Shown here: in pieces, positions 28,724 through 38,636 of the stretch
How the letters are laid out: each line of letters starts with the position of its first letter
Numbering within the stretch: the stretch's first letter is position 1
NCBI GenBank assembly: GCA_003963435.1
Contig: RXJC01000024.1
Location: forward strand, 6,356-70,355
Origin: Bradyrhizobiaceae bacterium
GTDB taxonomy: Bacteria > Pseudomonadota > Alphaproteobacteria > Rhizobiales > Xanthobacteraceae
Direction: 5' to 3'
DNA: 64,000 bases
Notes under the pieces: generated by a model
Databases searched by the model: none
What the model was told of the DNA's origin: nothing
Seen by the model: only the letters and a program-made list of their open reading frames with translations
Position numbers and translations under genes: made by a program

Positions 28724-29656
28724 ATGACAACCGTCGATACGACGGCTGATCGTCCTGCCCCGAAGAGGGCGAAGATCAGCCAGTTCCGCCGCCTGCTGTG
28801 GCACGTCAACCGCACCGATCTCGGATGGGTGCTGAAGGCTGCTCTGACCAGCCTGCAATTGCCGGCCCGCGCCAAACGCGTCGCGCTGCTCAAGCAGCTT
28901 CCGACCAAGCCTGAATGGGCCGAGGCCAGCCGCAAGCTGGAGACGGACGGCTACGTCGACGTAACTTCGATCGTCGATCGCAGCCTCGCAGAGGCCGTCG
29001 CCTCGTTCGCCGACGGCAAGGTGAGCCGCCTGCAGGAGCTGGTCGGCCAGCAGAAGCAAGGGCACAAGTCGTTCTGGGTCAGCCTGCTGGACGAAGACCT
29101 CGTCAACGGTGCCTTTGCCACCGACCATCCGTTCGTCCGCTACGCTCTGCAGCCCGCCGCCCTGCGTATCATCGGCGACTTCATGCACGACCTGCCGCAA
29201 CTGTCGGACGTGATCTTGACGTTGTCGCAACCGACGCCGAACCAGGCGTTGAGCTTCTCCCAATTGTGGCATCTCGATCACGACGACAAGCGCGTTTGCA
29301 AGCTCTTCATCTACTTGACCGACGTGAAAGACACCGCCGACGGTCCGTTCACCTTCATCCCGGCCGGGCCGTCGAAGGCGTTCCGCAACTCGCTCAAGAG
29401 CCACATGAGCGATGCGCAGGTGTTCGCCAAGACCGGTCCCGGTGCGGTCAAGGAAATGATCGCGCCGCGCCTGTCGTCCTTCATCGTCAACACGGCGCGC
29501 TGCCTGCACATGGGAAGCCGGATCCAGTCGGATCACAGCCGCCTGCTGTACACAGCAACCTACATCCAGCAGCCGCGTATCTTTCCCGAACCGCCGCCGC
29601 GTTTCCGCGCGGTCGGCGCCCTGACGGACCTCGAGCGCACCGTGATGCGGCTCTGA
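28724..29656 (+). CDS. Putative Fe(II)/2-oxoglutarate-dependent dioxygenase (PhyH-like fold)
   Basis: WHLD (HxD), KLFIYLTDV...GPFTFIP, distal His in CLHMGS, then an Arg. Confidence 0.65.
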   Translation: MTTVDTTADRPAPKRAKISQFRRLLWHVNRTDLGWVLKAALTSLQLPARAKRVALLKQLPTKPEWAEASRKLETDGYVDVTSIVDRSLAEAVASFADGKVSRLQELVGQQKQGHKSFWVSLLDEDLVNGAFATDHPFVRYALQPAALRIIGDFMHDLPQLSDVILTLSQPTPNQALSFSQLWHLDHDDKRVCKLFIYLTDVKDTADGPFTFIPAGPSKAFRNSLKSHMSDAQVFAKTGPGAVKEMIAPRLSSFIVNTARCLHMGSRIQSDHSRLLYTATYIQQPRIFPEPPPRFRAVGALTDLERTVMRL

Positions 29657-29681
29657 CACGGACCTGCCGGGAGCTCACATC

Positions 29682-31070
29682 TTGCGCATAGGCCTGGTGG
29701 TCGATCACCCCAAGCGTGACCTGCCGGGGGCAGTCATGCTCGGTTATCAGCTCGCGCGGCGTGGCGTGTCCGCCACGCTGGTGCCGATGTACGAGCAGGC
29801 CGTCGACGTGCCGCGACTACGGCTGGACGCACTGGTCGTCAACTACGCGCGCCCCGTCAATCTCGACCTGATGCGCAGCTTCGCAAGAGCGGGCCTTCCC
29901 CTATACGTGCTCGACACCGAAGGCGGCGTGCTCGCCGAGAAAGGCGGCAACTCGCCGCCGGCAATGGCCGCCCACATCAAGGAAAGCGGCTACGCCGACA
30001 TCCTCGCAGGTTATTTCTTCTGGGGTAGCCGGCTGCGCGACGCCTTCCTCACCGCCGGAACCATGAAGCCGGAGCAGCTTCACCTCACCGGATGTCCGCG
30101 CTTCGACTTCGCAGCGCCGCGCTGGCGCGCGCTGCTCGACGGCGAGCCGCGGGGCTATCTGCTCGTCAACGCCAACTTCCCGCTGGTCAACTCGCGCTTT
30201 ACCGGCAAGCCGGGCGGCGAGCGCGAGGCGATGGTGCGGGCCGGTTGGGACGGCGCCTATGTCGATCGCTTCATTGCTGACCTGAAGCAGGTCTTCGCCA
30301 ACTATCTCGTCGAAATCGACCGGCTCGCCGCCGCGCGGCCCGACCGCAACATTCTCGTGCGTCCGCATCCCTTCGAGAGCGAGGACGTCTATCGCAATGC
30401 GCTCTCGCGCCACGCCAACGTTCTGATCGACGGCACCGGCAGCGTGCTCGACCGCATCCGCAATGCAGCTGCCGTCATTCACCTCAACTGCGGGACGGCC
30501 GTCGAATCGGTCTTGCTCGGAAAGCTGCCGCTGCAGCTCGAATATTTGAATACGCCGACCACGGCAGGCCATGCCGCCCTGCCCGCGCGCGTGAGCAGGC
30601 AGGTCGCCTCGTTCGACGAGCTGCTCGACGCGATTGATCACATCGAGCGCGAGACCGAGACCTTCGATTTCGCCCGCGTTCACGCCGCCGATATCGAAGC
30701 CTTCTTCCATCTCAACGATGGAAAGGCCGCCGAACGTGTCGCTGATGTCCTGACTGGCGCAACGCGCTCGCGCCGCCCTTACGTCTCGCTGCTTGCAACG
30801 GTGAAGGGCACGCGTGCCAGGCCGAGCCTCGGCCAGATCGTCAAAGGGGCCGCCAGCGCCGCGCTCGGCTCTGCGGTCACCGAGCGGCTACGCAGCCAGT
30901 TCAATCCGGCCCGGCGCGACAAGCGGATCGCGCCGCCCTTCGTTCAGACCCTGCTTCAGCGCATCGCCGCCCACGAGCAGGCCAGCCCGCTTCAGTTTAC
31001 GGCAAGACGCGCGCACTGCGCGACGACGGGCTTGCCGCTCGCGAGCATTGCGATCGAACACGCCCAATAG
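29682..31070 (+). CDS. Surface carbohydrate biosynthesis protein (GT-B-like, possible ulosonate transferase)
   Basis: DHPKRDL, LDTEGG, FFWG, TGCPRFD, VRPHPFE motifs. Operon context. Confidence 0.65.
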   Translation: MRIGLVVDHPKRDLPGAVMLGYQLARRGVSATLVPMYEQAVDVPRLRLDALVVNYARPVNLDLMRSFARAGLPLYVLDTEGGVLAEKGGNSPPAMAAHIKESGYADILAGYFFWGSRLRDAFLTAGTMKPEQLHLTGCPRFDFAAPRWRALLDGEPRGYLLVNANFPLVNSRFTGKPGGEREAMVRAGWDGAYVDRFIADLKQVFANYLVEIDRLAAARPDRNILVRPHPFESEDVYRNALSRHANVLIDGTGSVLDRIRNAAAVIHLNCGTAVESVLLGKLPLQLEYLNTPTTAGHAALPARVSRQVASFDELLDAIDHIERETETFDFARVHAADIEAFFHLNDGKAAERVADVLTGATRSRRPYVSLLATVKGTRARPSLGQIVKGAASAALGSAVTERLRSQFNPARRDKRIAPPFVQTLLQRIAAHEQASPLQFTARRAHCATTGLPLASIAIEHAQ

Positions 31071-31074
31071 AGCC

Positions 31075-32478
31075 ATGGCAACATCTCCACAGACCATTCT
31101 CATCACCACGCTCGCCGAATACCAGACCCGGTTCTGGATCCCGGTCGCACAGCGGTTGCGCGCGGCAGGCCATGACGTCGAGTTGCTTGCCTTCGACGAT
31201 CGCAGCGCGGAGATGTCGACCGCGGCGGGAGTGCCGGTCACGAACATGTACCGCGAGGGCCTCAAGACCGGGCCCTCACCCGACGATCGCGGCGCGTTCG
31301 ACGCGCGCGTCGCGTCTTACGGGCTCGACGGAACCAATTTCCTGTTCAGCCACGAGCGCTTCACCTTCGGCATCCGCGATACCGCCGCGCTGCGCCGGCG
31401 CTTCATGATTTATGCCAATGCGATGGAGACGGTGCTCGACCGGTTGGAGAGGCAGGGCAAGCGCACCGAGCTGGTGCAGGAGCTCGGCGGCTTTCTCTCG
31501 GTGATCGCGAGCTTCTACGCCGCCAAGCGGCGCAATATTCGCAACTGGTTCATCGAGCCTTCGTTCTTTCGCGGCCGCATGTACTTCACGCCGGACACGC
31601 TTCGAGCGCCCGACGTGATGCCGGCGCCGGCGGACGCCGTGTCGCCCGAGGTGCGCGCCTATCTGGACGACACGCTGACGCAGCGCGCGATCGTCATCCC
31701 CAAGAAGGACCAGCACCATTATTCGGCCGCCTTCAAGAAGGTCGTGAACCTGCGCAACGCCCGCCGCCTCACCGAAAAGCTGTGGGACCAGTTCGCGCTC
31801 GGCAAGCACCAGGAGTTCGGGCACAATCTGCGTCACGCCCGCGTGCACGCCGCGATGGCGCTCAATGCGACACGGCTGCGCAAACTGTACAAGCCGATTC
31901 CGGAAGCGCCCTTCGTCTACTATCCGTTCCATGTTCCGGCCGACATGGCGCTGACGCTGCGCTCGCCGGACTATCTCGACCAGGTCGCGACGGTCGACTT
32001 CCTGCTGCGCACGATCCCGGATTCCCATGTGCTCGTGGTGAAGGAGCATCCCGCGCAGATCGGCGCGATCTCGGCCGACCGCCTGTTCGAGCTGGCGCGC
32101 CGGTTCGACAATTTCGTGCTGCTGCCGCCGCAGACCAACAACTACACCGTTCTCAATCGCGCCGATGCGGTCATCTCCGTCAACAGCAAGTCGGGTGCCG
32201 AAGCCTTGCTGCTCGGCAAGCCGGTCGTGGTGATGGGCGATGCGTTCTACCGCTCCTGCCCGCTGGTGTATGCGGTCGACCGGCTGGCCGACGTGCCCGC
32301 GCGCCTGCGCGAGGCGCTCGCGGCCGGTCCGTTCGATCCGGCCAAGGGCGCACCGTATTTCGAGTCGGCCTGGCGCCGCTCTTATCCGGGCGAGCTCTAT
32401 ATCAGCGATCCCACGCTGCTCGACACCTTTGCGGCCTCCTTGCGCGCGGCAATCGCCGAGCCGGCCCGTGCGAACTGA
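31075..32478 (+). CDS. Capsule polysaccharide biosynthesis protein (KpsS/Capsule_synth-like transferase)
   Basis: YYPFHVPAD, VKEHP, SVNSKSGAEALLLGKPV..GDAFY. Confidence 0.75.
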   Translation: MATSPQTILITTLAEYQTRFWIPVAQRLRAAGHDVELLAFDDRSAEMSTAAGVPVTNMYREGLKTGPSPDDRGAFDARVASYGLDGTNFLFSHERFTFGIRDTAALRRRFMIYANAMETVLDRLERQGKRTELVQELGGFLSVIASFYAAKRRNIRNWFIEPSFFRGRMYFTPDTLRAPDVMPAPADAVSPEVRAYLDDTLTQRAIVIPKKDQHHYSAAFKKVVNLRNARRLTEKLWDQFALGKHQEFGHNLRHARVHAAMALNATRLRKLYKPIPEAPFVYYPFHVPADMALTLRSPDYLDQVATVDFLLRTIPDSHVLVVKEHPAQIGAISADRLFELARRFDNFVLLPPQTNNYTVLNRADAVISVNSKSGAEALLLGKPVVVMGDAFYRSCPLVYAVDRLADVPARLREALAAGPFDPAKGAPYFESAWRRSYPGELYISDPTLLDTFAASLRAAIAEPARAN

Positions 32479-32489
32479 ACGGACCCGTC

Positions 32490-33239
32490 ATGCCGCTCGT
32501 CTCGATCATCACACCGTCCTGGAACGTCGAAGGCCTGATCGGGGAGACGATCCGCTCGGTCCAGAGCCAGACATTCGCCGATTGGGAGCTCCTGATCGCC
32601 GACGACTGCTCGACCGACAAGACACCGGCGATCGTCGCCGACATCGGCGCGCACGATCCGCGCGTCAAGCTGATCCGGCAGGCGAAGAACGGCGGGCCGG
32701 CGTTGGCGCGCCAGGCCTCGATTGACGCCGCGCAGGGCCGCTATCTCGCCTTCCTCGACAGCGACGACCTCTGGCTGCCCGAGAAGCTGGAGCGGCAGCT
32801 CGCCTTCGCGAAGGCCAAGCAGGCCGCGCTCAGCTACACCGCCTTCCGCCGCATCAACGAGACCAACACGGTCACCGGACGGCTGATCGAAGTACCGGCC
32901 TCGCTCACCTATGACCAGCTCCTGAAGAACACCGCGATCGCGACGCTGACCGCGATGGTGGACCGCGAGATCGCCGGCCCCATTGCGATGAAGAACGAGG
33001 GCTATGACGATTTCTGTCTGTGGCTCTCGATCCTCGCGCGCGGCCACACCGCATATGGCCTCAACGAGGATCTCGCGCGCTACCGCGTCAGGGGATCCTC
33101 GGTCTCCAGCCGTCCGATGCGTTCTGCCAAATGGGTCTGGCAGATCTATCGCAATGTCGAGCACCTCTCGCTGACCAGATCGGCCTGGTGTTTTGCCCAT
33201 TGGGGCGCGCGGGCTTGGCTGAAGCGGCGGGAGTTCTAA
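32490..33239 (+). CDS. Glycosyltransferase family 2
   Basis: VSIITPSWN, DDCSTD, AFLDSDDLW, DDFCLWL. Confidence 0.92.
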   Translation: MPLVSIITPSWNVEGLIGETIRSVQSQTFADWELLIADDCSTDKTPAIVADIGAHDPRVKLIRQAKNGGPALARQASIDAAQGRYLAFLDSDDLWLPEKLERQLAFAKAKQAALSYTAFRRINETNTVTGRLIEVPASLTYDQLLKNTAIATLTAMVDREIAGPIAMKNEGYDDFCLWLSILARGHTAYGLNEDLARYRVRGSSVSSRPMRSAKWVWQIYRNVEHLSLTRSAWCFAHWGARAWLKRREF

Positions 33240-33351
33240 CGAGGGTCGCGGCCCCGCCAGCGCCTTTCGGCCGCCCGCTGCAAGGGCTGCAAATGAACAT
33301 TGCGACCCGGGTCGGTTGTCTCTAGTCTGGCTCGGATCGGAGGGGCTTTGC

Positions 33352-34830
33352 GTGTACAATCAAGGTGTTATTCCACTGGCAACGCGCCCCCACGCCGATC
33401 GCCGGGCCAGCATTGGCTGGCTGCTGTGCAGCCTGTTTCCAGCAATTTTTCTGCTCTTTCTGTTCGCGCTCACCTCGCTCAGCGCACCCGAGCATGACGA
33501 CTTTTGTTTCGCTGAACTGTATGTGCGCCACGGTTTCATCGACACCGTGTCGCTCTTCTATCATTCGCAATCAGGCCGTGTGCTGGCCCTGTGGCTGACC
33601 CAGGTTCCGCCGGCGATCTCGGCCGCGACAGGCGTCAGCTTGCTGTCGGCCTATGCACTGACGATGGCCGTGAGCGCGGCGCTGTTCCTGGCAGCCACGA
33701 CCCTCGCCATGGTCCGAGCCTGGCCCCATGCTACCGCTCTCCAATTGACTTTCCTCGCGCTCGCCTTCGCGAGCGCCGTGGTCGGCGCGGCACCGAGCGT
33801 CCGGGATCTGCTCTATTGGCTGTCGGCCGTGGCTTGTTACGTCCCGCCCGCCGTGATCACCATCCTGATCCTTGGGGAGTGCATCCGGGCACTCGACCAG
33901 CAAGCCGGCTTCTCGTGGACGCTGAGCGCCGCGATGGCCCTGGGCGGTTTCGCCGCTGCTCTGTGCAATGAATTCACCGGAGCCTGGCTGCTGTTGATCG
34001 TCTCGGCCTCATTGGGCGCGCGCCATCTCTTCGGCCAGCAGCGTCAGATCGTGCATCACGTCCTGATCGCAGCCGCCATTGCCGTCGGATGGATCATCGT
34101 CGTCTCGGCCAGCGGCAACAGCGCACGCATGGACCAGCTCCCGAACGGCGGGCACGTGATCTCGTCTGGTCTTCAAGCGTTGGCCGACTCGCTCGGCGGT
34201 CTCGGCCGCTTCTTGCGGGAGCCCGCCATCCTCGTCTGGCTTGCCGCCGTCGGCCTCATTGCGTCGGCCCAGCCTGGCCCGACGCCCCAGGCAGCGCAAA
34301 AGAGCAAGTTGTTGGCTTTCGGCACGATCGCGATCTGCCTGGCATGCTGCTATTTCGAATATTTCGCGCATCGCTATGCGACGGGCATGCGGCTGGTCGA
34401 AAGGGCGCAGAACCAGGCATTGATCCTGTTGCTGTTCGGATCGACGCTGGGCGTCAAGCTGCTCGTCGGCGCCTACCGCCCGCAAGTGCGCGAGCGGATT
34501 GCGAGCAGTGCGTTTGGCGGCCTGCTCGGGCCCGTCGGGATGCCTGCGAGCCTGACGCTCCTTACGATCGCCTCGCTCTGCCTGAGCTCGACGGGACTTC
34601 AGCTTCGCGCGCAATGGCAGGGCCTTTACCCGTACTGGCGGGAGAGCGCCGAACGGCATGCTCTCCTGACGACGAGCCCCGACCCGGTTGTCGTGGCTCC
34701 CCGGCACCAATGGACGCCGTCCCTGCTGATGACGTCCGATCTGACCGCAAACGCCGACCGGTTGCCGAACGACTGCATCGCCAGATATTACCACAAGTCC
34801 GCCGTCTACGCCGCCGACGCGCCGCGATGA
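33352..34830 (+). CDS. Polytopic membrane protein, GT-C-like (DUF6056-like)
   Basis: First-loop PEHDDF, SGR, CNE, SGNSAR motifs and many TM segments. GGAGG RBS. Adjacent to a GtrB-like gene. Confidence 0.6.
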   Translation: MYNQGVIPLATRPHADRRASIGWLLCSLFPAIFLLFLFALTSLSAPEHDDFCFAELYVRHGFIDTVSLFYHSQSGRVLALWLTQVPPAISAATGVSLLSAYALTMAVSAALFLAATTLAMVRAWPHATALQLTFLALAFASAVVGAAPSVRDLLYWLSAVACYVPPAVITILILGECIRALDQQAGFSWTLSAAMALGGFAAALCNEFTGAWLLLIVSASLGARHLFGQQRQIVHHVLIAAAIAVGWIIVVSASGNSARMDQLPNGGHVISSGLQALADSLGGLGRFLREPAILVWLAAVGLIASAQPGPTPQAAQKSKLLAFGTIAICLACCYFEYFAHRYATGMRLVERAQNQALILLLFGSTLGVKLLVGAYRPQVRERIASSAFGGLLGPVGMPASLTLLTIASLCLSSTGLQLRAQWQGLYPYWRESAERHALLTTSPDPVVVAPRHQWTPSLLMTSDLTANADRLPNDCIARYYHKSAVYAADAPR

Positions 34831-34858
34831 CCACCAGCCCTGCTCCAGAGAAGCGAAC

Positions 34859-35821
34859 GTGAAAACAATCAGCGTCATCACGCCCTGCTACAACGAAGAG
34901 CTCAACGTCCGGGATTGCTATGAGGCGATCCGGAAGATCTTCGATAACGAGCTCCAGGGCTATCGGCGTGAGCACATCTTCTGCGACAACGCCTCCGACG
35001 ATCGCAGCGTGGAGATCCTGCGCGAGATCGCGGCACGAGATCCTGCGGTGAAGATTATCGTCAACGCACGCAATTTCGGACCATTGCGCAACACTTTCAA
35101 CGGCGTGATGGCCTCGCGGGGCGACGCCGTCCTGCTGTTCATGCCAGCGGACCTGCAGGATCCGCCGGAATTGCTTCCGGAATTCGTCAAGCTGTGGGAG
35201 GCCGGTTACGAGATCGTCTACGGCATCCGCGCGGTGCGCGAGGAAGGGCGGCTGATGCGCGGCATCCGCAATGCCTATTACCGCCTGCTGACCCGCTTCT
35301 CCGAGGTCAACGTTCCGCCCGGCGTCGGCGACTTCCAGCTCGTCGACCGGCGCGTGGTCGAGGCCATGCGGAGCGTCCGCGACACCTACCCGTTCATGCG
35401 GATGATGACGTTCGAGTGCGGCGGCCGCGCCGTCGGCGTTCCCTATACCTGGCGCCAGCGCAAGAAAGGATTTTCCAAGAACCGCGCCGGCGCGCTGATC
35501 GACCAGGGCCTCAACGGCCTGGTCTCCTTCACCACGGCGCCGGTTCGCTTCGGGCTGTTCGCAGGCTTCCTGATCTCGGCCCTGAGCATCGGCTACGCCA
35601 TCGTCAACTTCGTGGTCGGCCTGGTGCTGTACCGGCAGCTCGCCGAACCCGGCATCATCACGCTGATCGTCGCCATGTTCTTCTTCGGCGGCGTACAGTT
35701 GTTCTTCATGGGCATGATCGGCGAGTACGTCCTCGCGATCTACGGGCAGGTGCGCGAGAAGCCCGTGGTGTTCGAACGCGAGCGCGTCAATTTCGATCCC
35801 TCACCGCCGTCTGGCGCGTGA
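34859..35821 (+). CDS. Polyprenol-phosphate glycosyltransferase, GT2 (GtrB-like)
   Basis: ITPCYNEE, NARNFG, ADLQDPPE, GDFQLVDR. Two C-terminal TMs ending GEY. Confidence 0.9.
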   Translation: MKTISVITPCYNEELNVRDCYEAIRKIFDNELQGYRREHIFCDNASDDRSVEILREIAARDPAVKIIVNARNFGPLRNTFNGVMASRGDAVLLFMPADLQDPPELLPEFVKLWEAGYEIVYGIRAVREEGRLMRGIRNAYYRLLTRFSEVNVPPGVGDFQLVDRRVVEAMRSVRDTYPFMRMMTFECGGRAVGVPYTWRQRKKGFSKNRAGALIDQGLNGLVSFTTAPVRFGLFAGFLISALSIGYAIVNFVVGLVLYRQLAEPGIITLIVAMFFFGGVQLFFMGMIGEYVLAIYGQVREKPVVFERERVNFDPSPPSGA

Positions 35822-35834
35822 GGCCCAGGCGGGA

Positions 35835-36758
35835 TCAGCGCTTCGCCAGCGCGTGCTCGATCCGCGCGACGATCGCCGAAGGCGAGAGGCCCGCGGCATC
35901 GAGCAGCGCCTCGCGCGATCCCGCGTGCGAGGTCTTGCCGCCCTGCTCGGGAATGCCCATGCCCGTCATCGGCGGCCGGACCGCGTCGCCGGCAAACGCG
36001 CCCGCCATCAGGCTGAACAGGCCACCGCGCAAGATGTGCTCTTCGAGCGTCACGACGAGCGAGGCGCCACGCACGGCGTCGCGGATCGCGGCTTCGTCGA
36101 GCGGCTTCAGGCAGGAGACGCTGACCACACCGACGTCGCGGCCCCGCCCGGAAAGCTCGCCGGCCGCCTCCAGCGCGCGCGAGGCGATCGGTCCCGACGC
36201 GAGGATGACGACCTCCCGTCCGTCACGCAAAACTCTGGGCTTGCGCAGGTCGGTCACGGCAGCGCCGAGATTCGGCTCTCCCTGCCGGCTGAGCCGCAAG
36301 TAAGACGGCTTGCCGCTTGTGGCGATCAGTCGCGTCGCAGCGCGCACCTCCATGGGATCGCAGGGCACGAACACCTCGATGCCCGGCAGCATCGACATGA
36401 TCCCCGCATCCTCCAGCGCGTGGTGGGTATAGCCCTGGCTGCCATAGGCATAGCCGGCGCCCACCGCCACGACCTTGACGTCGGCGCCGTGGTAACAGAC
36501 GTCGTTGCGGAGCTGCTCGAGGCAGCGCAGGGTCGGGAAATTGCCGATCGAATAGATGAACACCGTCTTGCCCGACAGCGCGATGCCGGCGGCGATGCCC
36601 GCCATGTTCTGCTCGGCCACGCCGACATTGAGATAGCGGTCGGGAAACTTCGCCGCGAACGGCTCCAGCACGGAGTAGCCGAGATCGCCGCAGAGCAGCC
36701 AGATATCAGGGTTCTCGCTTGCCGCCTGCGACAGGCTCTCGATGAACGTCGTTCTCAT
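35835..36758 (-). CDS. Transketolase, C-terminal subunit
   Basis: GDLGYS, NVGVAEQNMAG, RCLEQLRND, G.THHA.ED, TLEEH. Confidence 0.9.
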   Translation of the reverse strand: MRTTFIESLSQAASENPDIWLLCGDLGYSVLEPFAAKFPDRYLNVGVAEQNMAGIAAGIALSGKTVFIYSIGNFPTLRCLEQLRNDVCYHGADVKVVAVGAGYAYGSQGYTHHALEDAGIMSMLPGIEVFVPCDPMEVRAATRLIATSGKPSYLRLSRQGEPNLGAAVTDLRKPRVLRDGREVVILASGPIASRALEAAGELSGRGRDVGVVSVSCLKPLDEAAIRDAVRGASLVVTLEEHILRGGLFSLMAGAFAGDAVRPPMTGMGIPEQGGKTSHAGSREALLDAAGLSPSAIVARIEHALAKR

Positions 36759-37573
36759 GCGCCGACCTCGGCCAGGGCCTGCGCGAGCAGTTCATCCGAC
36801 GGCGAGCGGTAGTGCCATTCGAGCTTGTTCTCCATGAAGCTCACGCCCTTGCCCTTCACGGTGTGGGCGATCACGACGGTCGGCCGGCCCGATGCTGCCG
36901 GCACGGCGCTCAGCACACGCTCGAGCGCGGCGAGATCGTGGCCGTCGATCTCCTCGACCTGCCAGCCGAACGCCTTCCACTTTTCGGCAAACGGATCGAG
37001 GTTCAACACCTCGGCGACCGAGCCAAAACTCTGGATCTTGTTGAAATCGACGATGACGCAGAGATTGCTCAGCTTGTGATGCGGCGCGAACAGGATGCCC
37101 TCCCAGTTCGAACCCTCGTCGCATTCGCCGTCGCTGAGCAGGCAGAATACGCGGCTGCCCGCGCCGTCATGCCGCGCGGCCAGCGCCATGCCGATGGCAA
37201 TCGGCAGGCCATGGCCGAGCGATCCGGTCGAAACCTCGACGCCGGGCACGGCATGGCTGACGTGACCGGTGAAGTTCGATCCGTCGCGGCAATAGGTGTC
37301 GAGCTCTGCCAGGGAGAAGAAACCGCATTCGGCGAGAGTGGCGTACATGATCGCCGTGGCGTGGCCCTTGCTGAGCACGAAGCGGTCGCGGCTTGACGCT
37401 TGCGGATCGGCGGGGTCGATGCGCAGGATCCGCGTGTACAGCACCGCCAGGATGTCCGCCATCGAGAGACAGCCCCCGATATGGGATGCCTTCGCGGCAT
37501 GCACCATGCGCAGGGCGTGCGCACGAATGCGCCGCGCGAATTCTTTCGGCTCAGGAAGATTCGGTCGCGTCAT
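36755..37573 (-). CDS. Transketolase, N-terminal (TPP-binding) subunit
   Basis: SHIGGCLS, DRFVLSKGH, STGSLGHGL, DGECDEGSNWE, HTVKGKGV. Confidence 0.92.
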   Translation of the reverse strand: MTRPNLPEPKEFARRIRAHALRMVHAAKASHIGGCLSMADILAVLYTRILRIDPADPQASSRDRFVLSKGHATAIMYATLAECGFFSLAELDTYCRDGSNFTGHVSHAVPGVEVSTGSLGHGLPIAIGMALAARHDGAGSRVFCLLSDGECDEGSNWEGILFAPHHKLSNLCVIVDFNKIQSFGSVAEVLNLDPFAEKWKAFGWQVEEIDGHDLAALERVLSAVPAASGRPTVVIAHTVKGKGVSFMENKLEWHYRSPSDELLAQALAEVGA

Positions 37574-38468
37574 GCCACTCTACCGTCTCGCGTAATCCCT
37601 CATCCAACGGCACTTCGGGCTTCCAGCCCAAGGCGAGCATGCGCGAAACGTCCGCAGCGAGGACCATAACCTGATCGGGCCGGTACGCCAACTCGCCGAA
37701 GCCGAGCGCCGCGCCGGGGCGAACGAGATCGCGCAGCCGTGTCACCGTCTCCCGCAGCGGCGGGGCGTCCGCACTGCCGACATTGAAGAGGCCGCTCGCC
37801 GCGTCCTGTGTGATCGCGACGCGGAAAGCGCTGGCGGCGTCGCGCGCGTGCAGAAATCCCCAGCGCTGCTCGCAGGCCGTCAGCGCCATGGGATGTCCGG
37901 AGCGCAGGTTCCGAATCAAGCTCGGGATCAACCAGTAATCGGCATCCTTCGGGCCGTAGGTCGAGAAGATCCTGAGCCAGGCCGCGCGCAGCCCGCGCTC
38001 CTCGCACAGCCGCATCGCCATTGCTCCGGCCGCGAGCTTGGCCATGCCGTAGAGCGTCGTCGGCCGCGGCACGTCATCCTCCCGGATCGCGCGGTCATAA
38101 GGACCGTACTCCGCCTGCGATCCGGCTCCGACGAAGATTCGCGCGCCGACGTCGGCTGCAAGCTCGGCAAGGCCGACCGTGTCAGCCACGTTGACGGCCT
38201 GGATCGGGCTATTGCGATCGCTGCCGGCGACGCCGCGCCAGGCCATATGCACGACCGCGTCGGGCGCGAACGCCTGCAGTGCGCCGCGCAGCCCCTCCGA
38301 ATGCTCCAGGGTGCCCGGGATCACGTGCAGCCGGTCCTGAAGCGGTCCGAGGCGCCAATTGGAACTCGCCGGTCGCAACAGGACGGCCACCTCGTGCCCC
38401 CGCGCCAGGAGGTCCGCAACGAGATAGGAGCCGAGAAAACCGCTCGCACCGGTGGCAAAGACACGCAT
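37551..38468 (-). CDS. NAD-dependent epimerase/dehydratase/reductase
   Basis: TGASGFLG, GSQAEYG, YGMAK, RIFSTYGP. Confidence 0.88.
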   Translation of the reverse strand: MRVFATGASGFLGSYLVADLLARGHEVAVLLRPASSNWRLGPLQDRLHVIPGTLEHSEGLRGALQAFAPDAVVHMAWRGVAGSDRNSPIQAVNVADTVGLAELAADVGARIFVGAGSQAEYGPYDRAIREDDVPRPTTLYGMAKLAAGAMAMRLCEERGLRAAWLRIFSTYGPKDADYWLIPSLIRNLRSGHPMALTACEQRWGFLHARDAASAFRVAITQDAASGLFNVGSADAPPLRETVTRLRDLVRPGAALGFGELAYRPDQVMVLAADVSRMLALGWKPEVPLDEGLRETVEWHDATESS

Positions 38469-38636
38469 ATGCCCCGGGTAGATCAGCTACCCCGGGGCCG
38501 TCAATGTCCCGCTTTGGCGAGCCCCCGGCCAGGGTTGCGCTGCCCGGCGCGGCCAGAGGGCGATCCGAACTTGATTATCCGGCCCATGCGGCTAAACGGG
38601 GGGCCAGATCGAGGTTCGACGACGAGGGGTAGAGGC

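Noticed and set aside
28467-28727. 86-aa ORF filling the gap between wzx and the dioxygenase
   Set aside because: It fits the gap neatly but has no motif and atypical codon usage. It is more likely a promoter region, though it cannot be fully excluded.
35835-37573. Split transketolase as a pseudogene or housekeeping tkt
   Set aside because: Two-subunit transketolases with ATGA coupling are a normal form in polysaccharide loci, and both halves are intact.
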